Below are positions 1 through 10,682 of a stretch of 64,000 bases of DNA, piece by piece. Each line of letters begins with the position of its first letter. Positions within the stretch are counted from its first letter, which is position 1. The notes under the pieces were generated by a model. That model ran no database searches and was not told where the DNA came from. It was given only the letters and a program-made list of their open reading frames with translations. Origin of the DNA: a virus. Lineage: Duplodnaviria > Caudoviricetes. The DNA lies in the IMG/VR virus record IMGVR_UViG_3300022555_000003, positions 96,001 to 160,000 of that record; one strand, given 5' to 3'. The position numbers were made by a program, and so were the translations under genes.

Positions 1-20
1 ATGATAATTTTATATGGAAA

Positions 21-1130
21 TTGATCGGACCATTAGCTCCAGTAGGAATAAATGGCGTTGAAATTATTGCTGAAGTAATAACTGATATCTTTGCTGTTGA
101 TCACGTTGTGTTAAGCTTTTATATTAATACCAGTAGATTAGCAATGTTTAGTCCAGATGAAGTATTTACTCCAGCAGCACCAGGACAATCTGGTTATGCA
201 ACTATTAGTAGTGGATTAAATTTTAATACTAATTTTGGTAATATAACCATAAGTGGATTAGCAAGTCTTGGTGTTCTAGGTACAGTAACAGCAGGCAATT
301 TATCTACAAGTGGAACATTACTTGTTACAGGTAACGCAACAGTTGGTAATATTTCTTCTGGCGCTGGTTCATTTAGTGGTGCAATAACTGGCTCAACTAC
401 AATTAATATTACTGGAAATGCAACTGTTGGAAATTTAACATCTAATGCTAAAATAACTTCTTCAACCCTAATTGTTACAGGAAATGCAACTGTTGGTAAT
501 ATTTCAACTGGAATTGGTCTCTTTTCTGGAGCAATAACTGGGTCAACAACAATTAATATTAGTGGAGTTGCAACTGTTGGAAGTTTAGTTTCAGGTGCAG
601 CAGCATTTGGTGGTGCAATAACTGGCGCAACAACACTTGGAATTACAGGAAACGCAACTGTTGGAAATTTAACTGCTTCATCAATAGTTGGATCAATAAT
701 AACAGCAACCCAACCACAAATAACAACAGTTGGAACGTTAAATGGATTAAATGTAACGGGCGGAATAGTTGCAAGTCAATCAATTAGATCAACAACATTA
801 GTAACAAATACAGCAGGTGGCACAGTATCATTAAGTGCAACCACAACAAATCATCAATTAAATATTACTGGTGCTGTTTCTTTATTGACAATCACAGATT
901 TAACTAATCCTGGTCAAACTATGAGAATTATGTTAATTGGTACAGAGAATGGTGTAACATTTGATTCTTCAAATAATATATATTGGCCAAATAATGCAGT
1001 TCCAAATTTTACTAACGGAAGTAGAGGAATAACAATTGTGACATTAACTAAACCATCGTCTTCAGGATATCCTATAACTGGTGCACGTACTTCTAATGAT
1101 ATTCTTCTAGCAACTTATGTGAGCTATTAA
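21..1130 (+). CDS. Tail fibre/virion structural protein, Gly/Thr-rich repeats; probably 5'-truncated by the window edge
   Basis: Repeated ITGNATVGN/SGAITGSTTINI units; the frame is open back to position 3, so the true start is probably upstream. Confidence 0.6.
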   Translation: MIGPLAPVGINGVEIIAEVITDIFAVDHVVLSFYINTSRLAMFSPDEVFTPAAPGQSGYATISSGLNFNTNFGNITISGLASLGVLGTVTAGNLSTSGTLLVTGNATVGNISSGAGSFSGAITGSTTINITGNATVGNLTSNAKITSSTLIVTGNATVGNISTGIGLFSGAITGSTTINISGVATVGSLVSGAAAFGGAITGATTLGITGNATVGNLTASSIVGSIITATQPQITTVGTLNGLNVTGGIVASQSIRSTTLVTNTAGGTVSLSATTTNHQLNITGAVSLLTITDLTNPGQTMRIMLIGTENGVTFDSSNNIYWPNNAVPNFTNGSRGITIVTLTKPSSSGYPITGARTSNDILLATYVSY

Positions 1131-1132
1131 TT

Positions 1133-4100
1133 ATGCCAAATCAAGGTGATACTATTGAAATTCAATGTTGCAGTGGAGATTCACTGATATTAATATATGC
1201 TTATGGTCCTTTTAACGATTTTTTACAAGAGGGATCATACTCTGGAGTTACCGCTCCATACAGGAGTGGATATTACGGGTATGGTTGGATTATAGCTAGC
1301 GGGTCTTGTCCTGAAGGTGACACTGGAGAAAATTGTAATGCTGGTCCAACTGCACCAACAATAAGTATTTTTCCTAGTCAATTATATTTTGACGCATATC
1401 GAACAGGTATAATCCATGTTATACAATCTCCAACAAATTATGATTGGACTGGTACAGTTTCAGGCGGTGCTCCTTGGCTACATATTGCACAAAAATATCA
1501 TGATCCAAATCCAAATAATGTCAATGCAGATTATGTATATTTAAGTGTAGATATTAATACAACGCAATCTATTAGAACTGCAACAATTTCTGTTGGAGAT
1601 AATATATGTACAATTACACAAGCTGCCGCTCCTCCTCCACCAGCCCTTTCAGTAACATTAAATATAAATTCAGATCTAGCTGGTGCTGAAGTTTCGTTGT
1701 CTGGTGATGTTTTAGTAACTCCAGACACAGGTTTAGCTAGTTGGGATGTACAAGTTGTTTGCGATAATACTAGTTGGGTATCTTATACTATTGTAGGAAA
1801 TACATTTACTTGGCACGTACAACCTAATACAGATACTTCTTCTAGAAACGTATCATTTTATATCGGAAATAATGCTCAATATGCAAATGGAGGAACTAAA
1901 ACATTTGTCTTAGAACAAGCAGGTTTGATAACTGACCCTAATATCGGTGATACTTTAACAATACCATGTTGCGATCTTGTTAACGATTTAATTGTAACTT
2001 GGGCTTATGATACAACTCCTAAATTAAAAATTGGAGATAATCCAGTAATACATCATAATCCAATTTATAGTTACAACGGTTTATCTACAGGTTGGTCAAT
2101 TACTACGCCTTGTCCTGTTATAGGTGATATTGGTAATTGCGATCAAAACAATCCAAATTACAATACTGTAACCGCATTAAATGCGACAAGTTTGTCATTT
2201 GAAGCAGCAGGAAGAAACAATTTTCCAATACTTGTTAGCACATTTCCTCAGACTTACTCAGACTGGAAAATAGTTTATACTGAAACTTGGCTAAGATTTA
2301 GTAATAAAGAAGTTGTAGTAAATGGATATCAAATATTTCTTACTGTTGATGCTAATACTACATACTATCCTAGATCAGCTATGGTTCAAATTGGTGAACA
2401 AACATTAACAATATCTCAAGTTGGACAAATTAAACCTCCTACACCTAATGTAACTGTGAGTCCTCAAATAGGTAATATTCCAGCATATGGTGGAACCATA
2501 AGTTTAAGTATTACTCCAACTGTAGTTGGTCATTCGTGGTATATAGACGTAATAGATAAAGATTGGTTCTCTGTAAGTCCAAAGAATGGCCTTGGAAATA
2601 CAACTGAAACAGTTACTATAACTGTTCTCCCAAGTGATGGAAATCCAAGAAGAGGAGAAATATTAATCAACACTCCCTTTGTTGATGAATATGGTAGAAA
2701 CGTTTACAACCAAGTTGATTTCAAAGTATATCAGGAAGAAGGCGCTGCATCTCCAACTACAATGCCTCACAATGATGGTGATATATTAACTATTCCTTGT
2801 TGTCAAGCTGGTTACAATATGACTTTTGTATGGAGACAAGGTCCTTGGCAAATGTTACCAGGCGGGCAACTTATAAATACAAATGGTTATTTACAAATAA
2901 ATGATCCTGTATATCAAGTAACAGATGCATTGTTAGCAGGTTCATATCCTACAGTGGGACCATTTGATGGTCCTTGGTTAACAAACAACAGCCCTGGTGC
3001 AATAAATTTTCATCAAACTACTCAAACAGTTCCTAGTACTTCTTCAACAGTTGGTGAACGTGTGCAAGTATGGCAAATGGTAAGTGGCGTCCTTACATTA
3101 GTTACAACTACATTAGCTGTCCCTCCAGTAGCACCTGAAGGTGGATCAGATCCTATGGGATCTTGTTGGGGATGGTTTTTACAAAATGAATGCCCAGTTG
3201 GTTCTGATAAAGGATTAGACTGTGGTGGAATCCCAACCACAGATTTCAATTTTATGCCAGTTACATTTATCAATGATAGAACTGGCCCACCAACTTATGC
3301 TGAATCTGGAGGAGTATTATACACTTTAGTTGGAACAAAAACTCTTGTAAAATCGTTAACAGCATATGTATTAAATGGTAATTCACAACTAGTACCTAGA
3401 CCAGCTACACAAATTGATTTGGGTAGCTCGGCACCAACATTTTTCTCACATGTACTTGTTAAACCAAAATTTGTTACTAAACAAAACGTGTTATATATTG
3501 AATGGACAATAATTAATAAAACATATATTCCATACATAGAATGGTATAATATGCCAGCACCAATAACTGTTCATATTCCTTATAATACTGATACTCTTAT
3601 TGATTTATCGAGCCAAGTACTTGATACAGGTAATCCAGATTCGTCAAGCGATACATATTTTTCAGTATATAATGGCGGAACATTTTTACAACATGGACAT
3701 TTTATATCTTGGAATGGATTAGGTGGGGTATATAGACCAGACAATGGTTATACAGGATTAGATAATTTCTGGTATTATTGGAAAGTAAATGCTGACAAGG
3801 TTGGGGCCGTAAATATTATCATTGATCCCCCAACAGTGACAGATTTACAAGCAGCTACTTATACAGCAACTATTCCTTATCCAGATCTTTCTGTTTCAAT
3901 TGATTTATTAACTTTAGTTAGTGCGTCAGTTCAAGGACAGCGAGTATCGAATCGAACTGGTAGTTTTAGTATAGCTGATATTAATAATATTTCATCAGCA
4001 ACAGCAACTTTAGTTGGTTCGGTTTTAACATATACTCTTACAGGTCCAAGAAATAGTTATACAACAGCGTTGAGTGATGTTGTTAGATATACTTTCGTAG

Positions 4101-6706
4101 ATACTAGTAATGCATTAACTCCCGCGTCTAATAATATAACTATTTTAGTTGCACCATATATTCCACCACCACCAACTCCAACTATTAATTCTTTTACAGC
4201 AACACCACAGAATGTTTGTACTGGTGCAACCACTACTTTATCTTGGTCAACTGTTGATGCTACTCAATGTAGTATAGATGGTCTAGCGGCGATTGCAACT
4301 CAAGGTTCTATTTCAACAGTTGGTCCAATTTCAGTTCCAACAACTTATACATTACATGCTTATAATCAATATGGATCTACTACAGCAACAGTTGTAGTAA
4401 CACCAAATATATCAAACCCGGTTGCCACAGACTTAACAGTTACAACAAATTTTTGGGATGGTATATCTTCTCCTAGACCAATAGCACATATTTTTCCAAT
4501 CTATACTGGAAGTGTTACTGGAGCTTCAATTGTAACTCCTCCAACAAAAGGTTATTTAGTTGGTACTTTAAATATAGATTCACCAATTGCATATTATGTT
4601 AATAGTTATGCAACTGGAACTGATACATTTACATATAAAGTTTCTGGTCCGTGTGGAGATAGCGCACCAGCTAATATTACTGTAACGATTACTCCAGGAA
4701 CAGTTCCAATTATAAGTGCAGGCAATATAACATGTAATTATGGTACTATTGGATCAGTAGGTGGAACAGTTTCAGCAGCGATTGCAAGTTCAGTATATAT
4801 AAGTTCTTTCCCAACTCATGGTGCTGTTACCTTTGATAATACTGGTTTACCATCAAACACATTTATTGTAAATTATACACCATATTTTGGTTTTATTGGG
4901 AATGATACATTTTCTATAGTTGCAGCAGGAATAGCAGGTGAAAGTAATATAGTAATTATTCCAGTAACTGTAATAGCACCTCCTTGCTCAGTACCTATTA
5001 GTACAAGTACTTCAACTCCATATAATACACCAGTACCTATTGTGTTCACCTACACAGGTTATGCAAGTGGAGTTGAAATTGTAAGTGGACCAGCAGCATT
5101 TCAAGGAGTATTAACTGGACCAGTAGTAGGCAATTTATACTTATGGAACTTTACTCCAGCTGCAAGTGGTTATTCAGGTGTAGTTGGTATTTCTTTTAGA
5201 ACATATAATGCAGATCATTCAATGCTATGCAGTTCAGTTGGAACTGTATCAGTTACAGTTGGTGCAGCACCTGTTATTAGTAGACCAACTCATGTATTAT
5301 TTGATTCAGCTGCTGGTCAAGGATCTGCAGTTACATATCAAACTGAATCTTGGACAATGACAGGTAATTATGGAAGTTACGTTGGTGATTACACAGTAAA
5401 AGTAGAATGTTTAAATGATAGTTATACCGGTGGAAATATTGATGCGTTAACTGCGGCACACGTAATTGGTATTAGACGAACTAGAGGAATAGTAGTTTCT
5501 AATTCTTCAGGTAATACGCTAACAGATGTACAAGATGGTGATATTATTGAAGTAAGAGTTATAACTGCAACACAAATAGCAAATATAAATAGAACACTTA
5601 ATTTTAAAGTTTCGGTTTCAGGACGAACAGATACCTATATTGGAATGGATCCTTTATATCTAGGATACAGTGATTTTTCAAATTTCAATATTATTACAAA
5701 TTCAGGTGACATTGTACCAGATGCATTTGACTTCTTTGATCAATCCAATTTAGAAATTAGCACAGCATTAAACACAAATACAGTAACAATTACTGGTGTT
5801 GATGTTAACTTATATGTACCAATTAGAGTTACACCAAGTGCAAATATTATTGTAAATGATGTACAGTTTGGTGATAGTACAACTGTTCAAAAATTTGATG
5901 TAGTAAAGATTAGAGCACTAACAAGTGGTTCTTATAATACAGATATAGTGTATACTGTATTGATGGGAACAACTACTCCTGGTGGAAACGCGTCAGCGGT
6001 TGTTGATACTTTTACTTATTCAACAAGACCACCACATGGAACTTGTATTAAAGATATGGATTTTGGTATAAAAACAGGTTTGGAATTAAATACAAACACT
6101 TTAACAAATTCAGTTACTTGGATTAGTCCAGATTTGCCTAGTCTAGGTTTTAGTGTAAATAATGGCGCAAGTATTTGGATAAATGGTTCAAATCTAGGTG
6201 TTAGTAGTGCAACAGTAAACAGTGGTGCAACTATAGCATTTGAAGGATTAACTTCTCCAGTATATAATACACCAGTTAAATATACAGTTTCAGTAAGTCC
6301 TAATAATTTAACTTGTGGTGTTAATCCAGTTACTGGTAATAGTAGAACTGGTGAGTTTGTTTTTGTTACAAGACCAAAAAGAACAACTGTAACATTAGGT
6401 GTATTCACAGATATTATTAATCAGCAACTTTCAACAACAGTTACAAGTAACACAATTACTATTGATGGAAATATTGATGGAACAACTGCTATCACTTTAA
6501 CAGGTGGTGGACAACTTAGTATAAACGGAAATTTGAGCGGAACTAGTAATGTAGTAAATAATAATGATGAAGTTGCAATTGTAGCAACTACAAATATTGA
6601 TTATTATACAACCAATACATATTCGGTACATTGTGGTGCAATAACATCGAACTGGAATGTACGAACTAAGAGCAACGACGATTTATTATTACTTTCAGTG
6701 GACTAA
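1133..6706 (+). CDS. Large virion/tail-associated protein with BACON-like and Ig-like (Big_9/cadherin-like) repeats
   Basis: 1857 aa; three BACON-like units (W..W....V..N.T...R...I.I); FTY/GTDTFTY Ig-like repeats; three GD.I.IxCC Cys-rich units. Confidence 0.65.
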   Translation: MPNQGDTIEIQCCSGDSLILIYAYGPFNDFLQEGSYSGVTAPYRSGYYGYGWIIASGSCPEGDTGENCNAGPTAPTISIFPSQLYFDAYRTGIIHVIQSPTNYDWTGTVSGGAPWLHIAQKYHDPNPNNVNADYVYLSVDINTTQSIRTATISVGDNICTITQAAAPPPPALSVTLNINSDLAGAEVSLSGDVLVTPDTGLASWDVQVVCDNTSWVSYTIVGNTFTWHVQPNTDTSSRNVSFYIGNNAQYANGGTKTFVLEQAGLITDPNIGDTLTIPCCDLVNDLIVTWAYDTTPKLKIGDNPVIHHNPIYSYNGLSTGWSITTPCPVIGDIGNCDQNNPNYNTVTALNATSLSFEAAGRNNFPILVSTFPQTYSDWKIVYTETWLRFSNKEVVVNGYQIFLTVDANTTYYPRSAMVQIGEQTLTISQVGQIKPPTPNVTVSPQIGNIPAYGGTISLSITPTVVGHSWYIDVIDKDWFSVSPKNGLGNTTETVTITVLPSDGNPRRGEILINTPFVDEYGRNVYNQVDFKVYQEEGAASPTTMPHNDGDILTIPCCQAGYNMTFVWRQGPWQMLPGGQLINTNGYLQINDPVYQVTDALLAGSYPTVGPFDGPWLTNNSPGAINFHQTTQTVPSTSSTVGERVQVWQMVSGVLTLVTTTLAVPPVAPEGGSDPMGSCWGWFLQNECPVGSDKGLDCGGIPTTDFNFMPVTFINDRTGPPTYAESGGVLYTLVGTKTLVKSLTAYVLNGNSQLVPRPATQIDLGSSAPTFFSHVLVKPKFVTKQNVLYIEWTIINKTYIPYIEWYNMPAPITVHIPYNTDTLIDLSSQVLDTGNPDSSSDTYFSVYNGGTFLQHGHFISWNGLGGVYRPDNGYTGLDNFWYYWKVNADKVGAVNIIIDPPTVTDLQAATYTATIPYPDLSVSIDLLTLVSASVQGQRVSNRTGSFSIADINNISSATATLVGSVLTYTLTGPRNSYTTALSDVVRYTFVDTSNALTPASNNITILVAPYIPPPPTPTINSFTATPQNVCTGATTTLSWSTVDATQCSIDGLAAIATQGSISTVGPISVPTTYTLHAYNQYGSTTATVVVTPNISNPVATDLTVTTNFWDGISSPRPIAHIFPIYTGSVTGASIVTPPTKGYLVGTLNIDSPIAYYVNSYATGTDTFTYKVSGPCGDSAPANITVTITPGTVPIISAGNITCNYGTIGSVGGTVSAAIASSVYISSFPTHGAVTFDNTGLPSNTFIVNYTPYFGFIGNDTFSIVAAGIAGESNIVIIPVTVIAPPCSVPISTSTSTPYNTPVPIVFTYTGYASGVEIVSGPAAFQGVLTGPVVGNLYLWNFTPAASGYSGVVGISFRTYNADHSMLCSSVGTVSVTVGAAPVISRPTHVLFDSAAGQGSAVTYQTESWTMTGNYGSYVGDYTVKVECLNDSYTGGNIDALTAAHVIGIRRTRGIVVSNSSGNTLTDVQDGDIIEVRVITATQIANINRTLNFKVSVSGRTDTYIGMDPLYLGYSDFSNFNIITNSGDIVPDAFDFFDQSNLEISTALNTNTVTITGVDVNLYVPIRVTPSANIIVNDVQFGDSTTVQKFDVVKIRALTSGSYNTDIVYTVLMGTTTPGGNASAVVDTFTYSTRPPHGTCIKDMDFGIKTGLELNTNTLTNSVTWISPDLPSLGFSVNNGASIWINGSNLGVSSATVNSGATIAFEGLTSPVYNTPVKYTVSVSPNNLTCGVNPVTGNSRTGEFVFVTRPKRTTVTLGVFTDIINQQLSTTVTSNTITIDGNIDGTTAITLTGGGQLSINGNLSGTSNVVNNNDEVAIVATTNIDYYTTNTYSVHCGAITSNWNVRTKSNDDLLLLSVD

Positions 6707-6796
6707 ATGGAAACTTTGCTTTTATTAACATTAGTTGCAATTTTTTGTTGGCATTATCTTACAAATCCGATACGTTTTGAATTTAAGGAGTTATGA

Positions 6797-8185
6797 ATGT
6801 TAGACTATTCTGCTTTGCTAATTGCATTATTGATTAGTACAGTAAGTGCCTATTATAGTATTAGTGGATTAATGGCCATATTTTCGACCGCTCAAATACC
6901 TATTATTATTATGGGTGGTGCGTTAGAATTAGGTAAAGTTATTACCACAATGTGGGTTAGAAAAAATTGGAGTATTCTTGGTTATGCTAGTAAAAGTTAT
7001 CTTGTAGCATGTATCATAATATTAATGCTTGTCACAAGTTTAGGTACTTTTGGATTTTTGTCAAAGAGCCATTTGGATCAAGGTGTACCATCAGCTGATG
7101 CACAAGATCAAGTTTCTTTATTTGATGAAAAAATTAAAAATGAAAGAGAAACAATAACATTAAATCGTAACTTGATGGCACAAATGGATAATGCAGTAAC
7201 AGAAATATTAGGTAGAAGCAAAGATCAAAATGGAGCAGAACGCGCAACAGTAATTAGACGAACTCAAAGTAATGATAGAACGAGATTACAAAAAGAAAAT
7301 GATTTATCTCAGCAGAAGATTCAACAGTTGCAAGCTGATAGAGCTCCAATTGCATCTAAGGTAAGAAAAATTGAAGCTGAAGTTGGTCCTATAAAATATG
7401 TAGCTGCAATGATTTATGGTGATAATCCGAGCATTGATTTGTTAGAGCGAGCAGTTAGGTGGATTATCATTATTATTATAATTGTATTTGATCCACTTGC
7501 ATTAACTTTATTATTAGCTGTGAGCAAAAAAATTGAGCTTTCAAAAATTCAAAAAGAAGATACTGTCCAAACAGAAGTAATCAAAGAAGTTCTGGTAGAA
7601 GTAATCAAAGAAGTGGAAGTAATTAAAGAAGTAGCAGGTCCAGAACGAATTGTAGAAGTAATCAAAGAAGTGGAAGTAATTAAAGAAGTAGTAGGTCCAG
7701 AACGAATTGTAGAAGTAATTAAAGAAGTGGAAGTGGTAGGTCCAGAACGAATTGTAGAAGTAATTAAAGAAGTGGAAGTGGTAGGTCCAGAACGAATTGT
7801 AGAAGTAATCAAAGAAGTGGAAGTGGTAGGTCCAGAACGAATTGTAGAAGTAATCAAAGAAGTTTCAGCAGAAGTAAGTCAAGAAGAAAATCCGTTGTTA
7901 GTTAAATTGCGTGAATTAGCAGGTCATGTAGATTTGTTAGATACTGAAAGTTCTTACAATTCTAAATTTGGAACTGCATTTCCTAGAAATCCTAGACGTG
8001 GAGATACATTTTTAAGAGTAGACACAGACCCAAATACATTATATAGATTCAATGGTCAATCTTGGTTTTCAGTTGCTGATTTGAATGCTACTAGATTATT
8101 ACAATTGATTTTGTCGGGTGATTTAACATTAGAAGATTTAACCCCAGTTCAAGTTCAAATGGTTAAAAGTATCATGAAAAAATAA
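6797..8185 (+). CDS. Membrane-anchored coiled-coil phage protein with VIKEVEVVGPERIVE repeats
   Basis: N-terminal hydrophobic helices, coiled coil, further TM helix, internal tandem repeat. Confidence 0.55.
   Translation: MLDYSALLIALLISTVSAYYSISGLMAIFSTAQIPIIIMGGALELGKVITTMWVRKNWSILGYASKSYLVACIIILMLVTSLGTFGFLSKSHLDQGVPSADAQDQVSLFDEKIKNERETITLNRNLMAQMDNAVTEILGRSKDQNGAERATVIRRTQSNDRTRLQKENDLSQQKIQQLQADRAPIASKVRKIEAEVGPIKYVAAMIYGDNPSIDLLERAVRWIIIIIIIVFDPLALTLLLAVSKKIELSKIQKEDTVQTEVIKEVLVEVIKEVEVIKEVAGPERIVEVIKEVEVIKEVVGPERIVEVIKEVEVVGPERIVEVIKEVEVVGPERIVEVIKEVEVVGPERIVEVIKEVSAEVSQEENPLLVKLRELAGHVDLLDTESSYNSKFGTAFPRNPRRGDTFLRVDTDPNTLYRFNGQSWFSVADLNATRLLQLILSGDLTLEDLTPVQVQMVKSIMKK
7574..7863 (+). 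repeat. Coding tandem repeat (about 45-63 nt units)
   Basis: gaagtaatcaaagaagtggaagt...ggtccagaacgaattgta repeated 5-6 times. Confidence 0.9.
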
Positions 8186-8225
8186 AATATTGTGCGAAGA
8201 TAGTAGCTAAAGGTAAATATATGTA

Positions 8226-9467
8226 ATGCGGAAAGAAACAACAATGCCTAATAAATGCAGCTTTTGCAATAAAACTCGCGAAGAAGCTACCAAGTTGATC
8301 ATTAGCGGTGCTACCGCAGCAATTTGCGATGAGTGCGTTGAATTGTGCTCAAATTTATTAATAAATCAGCAAAATGTAAATATTAAAAAAGACAAAAAAC
8401 TTGCAAAACACACTAACCCAATTAGAATAAAACAGTATCTGGACCAATTTGTTATTGGTCAAGAAGATGCTAAGATTGCAATTAGTGTTGGGGTTGCAAA
8501 TCATTATAAGAGATTATTTTATACAAGTGCAATTGCAATTGAGAAAAGTAATATATTATTACATGGACCAACAGGAACAGGGAAAACGCTATTAGCCAAA
8601 ACAATTGCAGATTTCTTAGATGTTCCTTTTATTATTGCTAATGCAACTGGACTTACCGAAGCTGGATATGTTGGCGATGATGTTGAAAGTATTCTAAGTA
8701 GATTATTATTAGCAGCAGATGGTGATATCGAAAAAGCACAACACGGCATTATCTTTTTAGATGAAATTGATAAAATTGGTAAAAAAAACGACGGATCAAC
8801 TGCTAACAGAGACATAACTGGAGAAGGTGTACAACAAGCATTATTGAAAATAATTGAGGGCGCTGTTATTTCAGTACCAACAGATGGCGGCAAAAAACAT
8901 GCTGGTTCATCTGTTGTCGATATTGACACAACAGGAATATTATTTATTGCTAGTGGTTCATTTGTTGGTTTATCAGATGTTATAACAAGACGCAATAAAG
9001 AAAACTCAATTGGTTTTGGATCTACAAAAGTAAATAAAGTCCAGTCTTCAACAGCATCAGTAGACGATTTAATTAAGTTTGGTATGATTCCAGAATTTAT
9101 GGGTAGGTTCCCAGTTATTGTTTATACTAATGTGTTAACAACACCCGAATTGATAAAAGTATTAACTAGTACTAAAAATAACTTAATTAGTCAATATAAA
9201 TTTTATTTTACAATTGATGGAATTGAAATTTGCTTTACACAAGAAGCATTAGAAAGTATTGCTGGAAAAGCAAGCATATTGAAAACAGGCGCAAGGGCAC
9301 TAAAAAATATTTTAGAAAATAGTTTGATGCCACATTTATTTGCATTACCAAAATATAAAGAACAAAAAGTAGTGGAAATTACATTTACCGCAGGTGTTTT
9401 CAACACAAATGCATCACCAGAATTTTCATATAAATCAAAAGCTAAACAAGTTTTAACAGCAGGTTAA
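8226..9467 (+). CDS. clpX: ClpX AAA+ unfoldase
   Basis: C4 zinc finger (CSFC..CDEC), Walker A GPTGTGKT, TEAGYVGDDVE, Walker B IIFLDEIDK, IGF loop, PEFMGRFP. Confidence 0.95.
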   Translation: MRKETTMPNKCSFCNKTREEATKLIISGATAAICDECVELCSNLLINQQNVNIKKDKKLAKHTNPIRIKQYLDQFVIGQEDAKIAISVGVANHYKRLFYTSAIAIEKSNILLHGPTGTGKTLLAKTIADFLDVPFIIANATGLTEAGYVGDDVESILSRLLLAADGDIEKAQHGIIFLDEIDKIGKKNDGSTANRDITGEGVQQALLKIIEGAVISVPTDGGKKHAGSSVVDIDTTGILFIASGSFVGLSDVITRRNKENSIGFGSTKVNKVQSSTASVDDLIKFGMIPEFMGRFPVIVYTNVLTTPELIKVLTSTKNNLISQYKFYFTIDGIEICFTQEALESIAGKASILKTGARALKNILENSLMPHLFALPKYKEQKVVEITFTAGVFNTNASPEFSYKSKAKQVLTAG

Positions 9468-9494
9468 TTTTCAAAGGTAAGGTACTAAATCAAA

Positions 9495-9743
9495 ATGAAA
9501 GAAAGAGATGGAATTGTTGTTGATGTTCTAAATGGAGATCTAGAGCGTGCATTAAAGAAGCTCAAGAAAAAAGTCAATAACGAAGGGATTATGCAGATCC
9601 TTAAAGATAAAGAAGGTTTTATTAAACCAAGCGAAATGAAACGACGTGATAGAGCAAGATCTATTAGCAAGGCTAAGAAACAAGCCAGACTAGATAATTC
9701 AGATTTTTACACTCAAGAATATACAGAAAAAACAAAAAATTAA
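9495..9743 (+). CDS. rpsU: Ribosomal protein bS21
   Basis: V..GDLERALKKLKKKV..EGI......KEGFIKPSEMKRR pattern. Confidence 0.85.
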   Translation: MKERDGIVVDVLNGDLERALKKLKKKVNNEGIMQILKDKEGFIKPSEMKRRDRARSISKAKKQARLDNSDFYTQEYTEKTKN

Positions 9744-9850
9744 TTTTACCAAAAAGTTAAAATTTTATATTAAATTGTGTTATAATAAATACAGTAAGGT
9801 GCTCATTATGAGGCCTTACAATTAAATACTTGCTTAAGGAGAAGTTATTT

Positions 9851-10285
9851 ATGAAAAATACATTTACATATACTACGTTTCCAAATTTTGGAAAATATTT
9901 TATTGGGTTTGATCGAATATTTGATTCAGCTAACCAATGGACAAATATTCCACAGACTGGATATCCTCCATATAACGTAATCCAAACTACAGATGACAAA
10001 TTTCAAATTGAATTATCTGTGGCTGGATTCAATGAAGATGAATTGACCATTTCTCTTGATAACAGAATTTTAATTATTTCTGGAAATCAAGAGCAAAAAG
10101 ATGAAAATATTCAATATGTACATCGTGGGTTAAGTCATCGAAAATTCCAACGTGAATTTCAACTTGAAGAACATATTGAAGTAAAATCAGCAGCAGTAAA
10201 AAATGGAATTTTGAGAGTTGATTTAGAGAGGATTATTCCTGAAGAATTAAAGCCTCGTAGTATTGCAATTACATTTACAAAGTAG
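9851..10285 (+). CDS. Small heat-shock protein (Hsp20/IbpA family)
   Basis: YPPYNV, IELSVAGF, YVHRGLSHRKFQREFQL, NGILRVDLERIIPEELKPRSI; ATG at 9851 after AAGGAG preferred to TTG 9830. Confidence 0.93.
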   Translation: MKNTFTYTTFPNFGKYFIGFDRIFDSANQWTNIPQTGYPPYNVIQTTDDKFQIELSVAGFNEDELTISLDNRILIISGNQEQKDENIQYVHRGLSHRKFQREFQLEEHIEVKSAAVKNGILRVDLERIIPEELKPRSIAITFTK

Positions 10286-10331
10286 TATAATTAGTTAAGG
10301 GGATAACTTCCCCCTTTAACAACAATAAAAT

Positions 10332-10637
10332 ATGACTGATACAATTGAAAAAACCAAAATTATTAATAATACAGATCTTTCAGAACCATCACAATATAAA
10401 GTTATTTATATCAATGATGAAATAACCACTTTCGAGTTTGTTATTTCATCATTAATGGAAATCTTTAACTATAACGAAGAAACAAGTTATTCTATTGCTA
10501 AAAAAGTTCATGATGATGGTAGTGGAGTTGTTGCAGTCATGCCATATGAACTTGCTGAACAGAAAGTTCTAGAAGCAACCATTTTAGCAAGAGTATATGG
10601 ATTTCCATTGGTTGTCAAAATAGAAGCTGAAAATTAA
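10332..10637 (+). CDS. clpS: ClpS N-degron adaptor
   Basis: YKVIYINDEITTFEFV, VHDDGSGVV, E.AE.K, GFPLVVKIE. Confidence 0.9.
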   Translation: MTDTIEKTKIINNTDLSEPSQYKVIYINDEITTFEFVISSLMEIFNYNEETSYSIAKKVHDDGSGVVAVMPYELAEQKVLEATILARVYGFPLVVKIEAEN

Positions 10638-10682
10638 TCCTTTGTTATACTACCTGGTAAATAGTTATAAAGGAAATAAATA

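Noticed and set aside
1531-9670. Antisense ORFs in the track (1531, 3022, 3295, 6016, 7549, 8519, 9203, 9485)
   Set aside because: They lie fully opposite well-supported genes and read as reverse-frame shadows, e.g. the ITSTIRSGPTT repeat mirrors the VIKEV repeat
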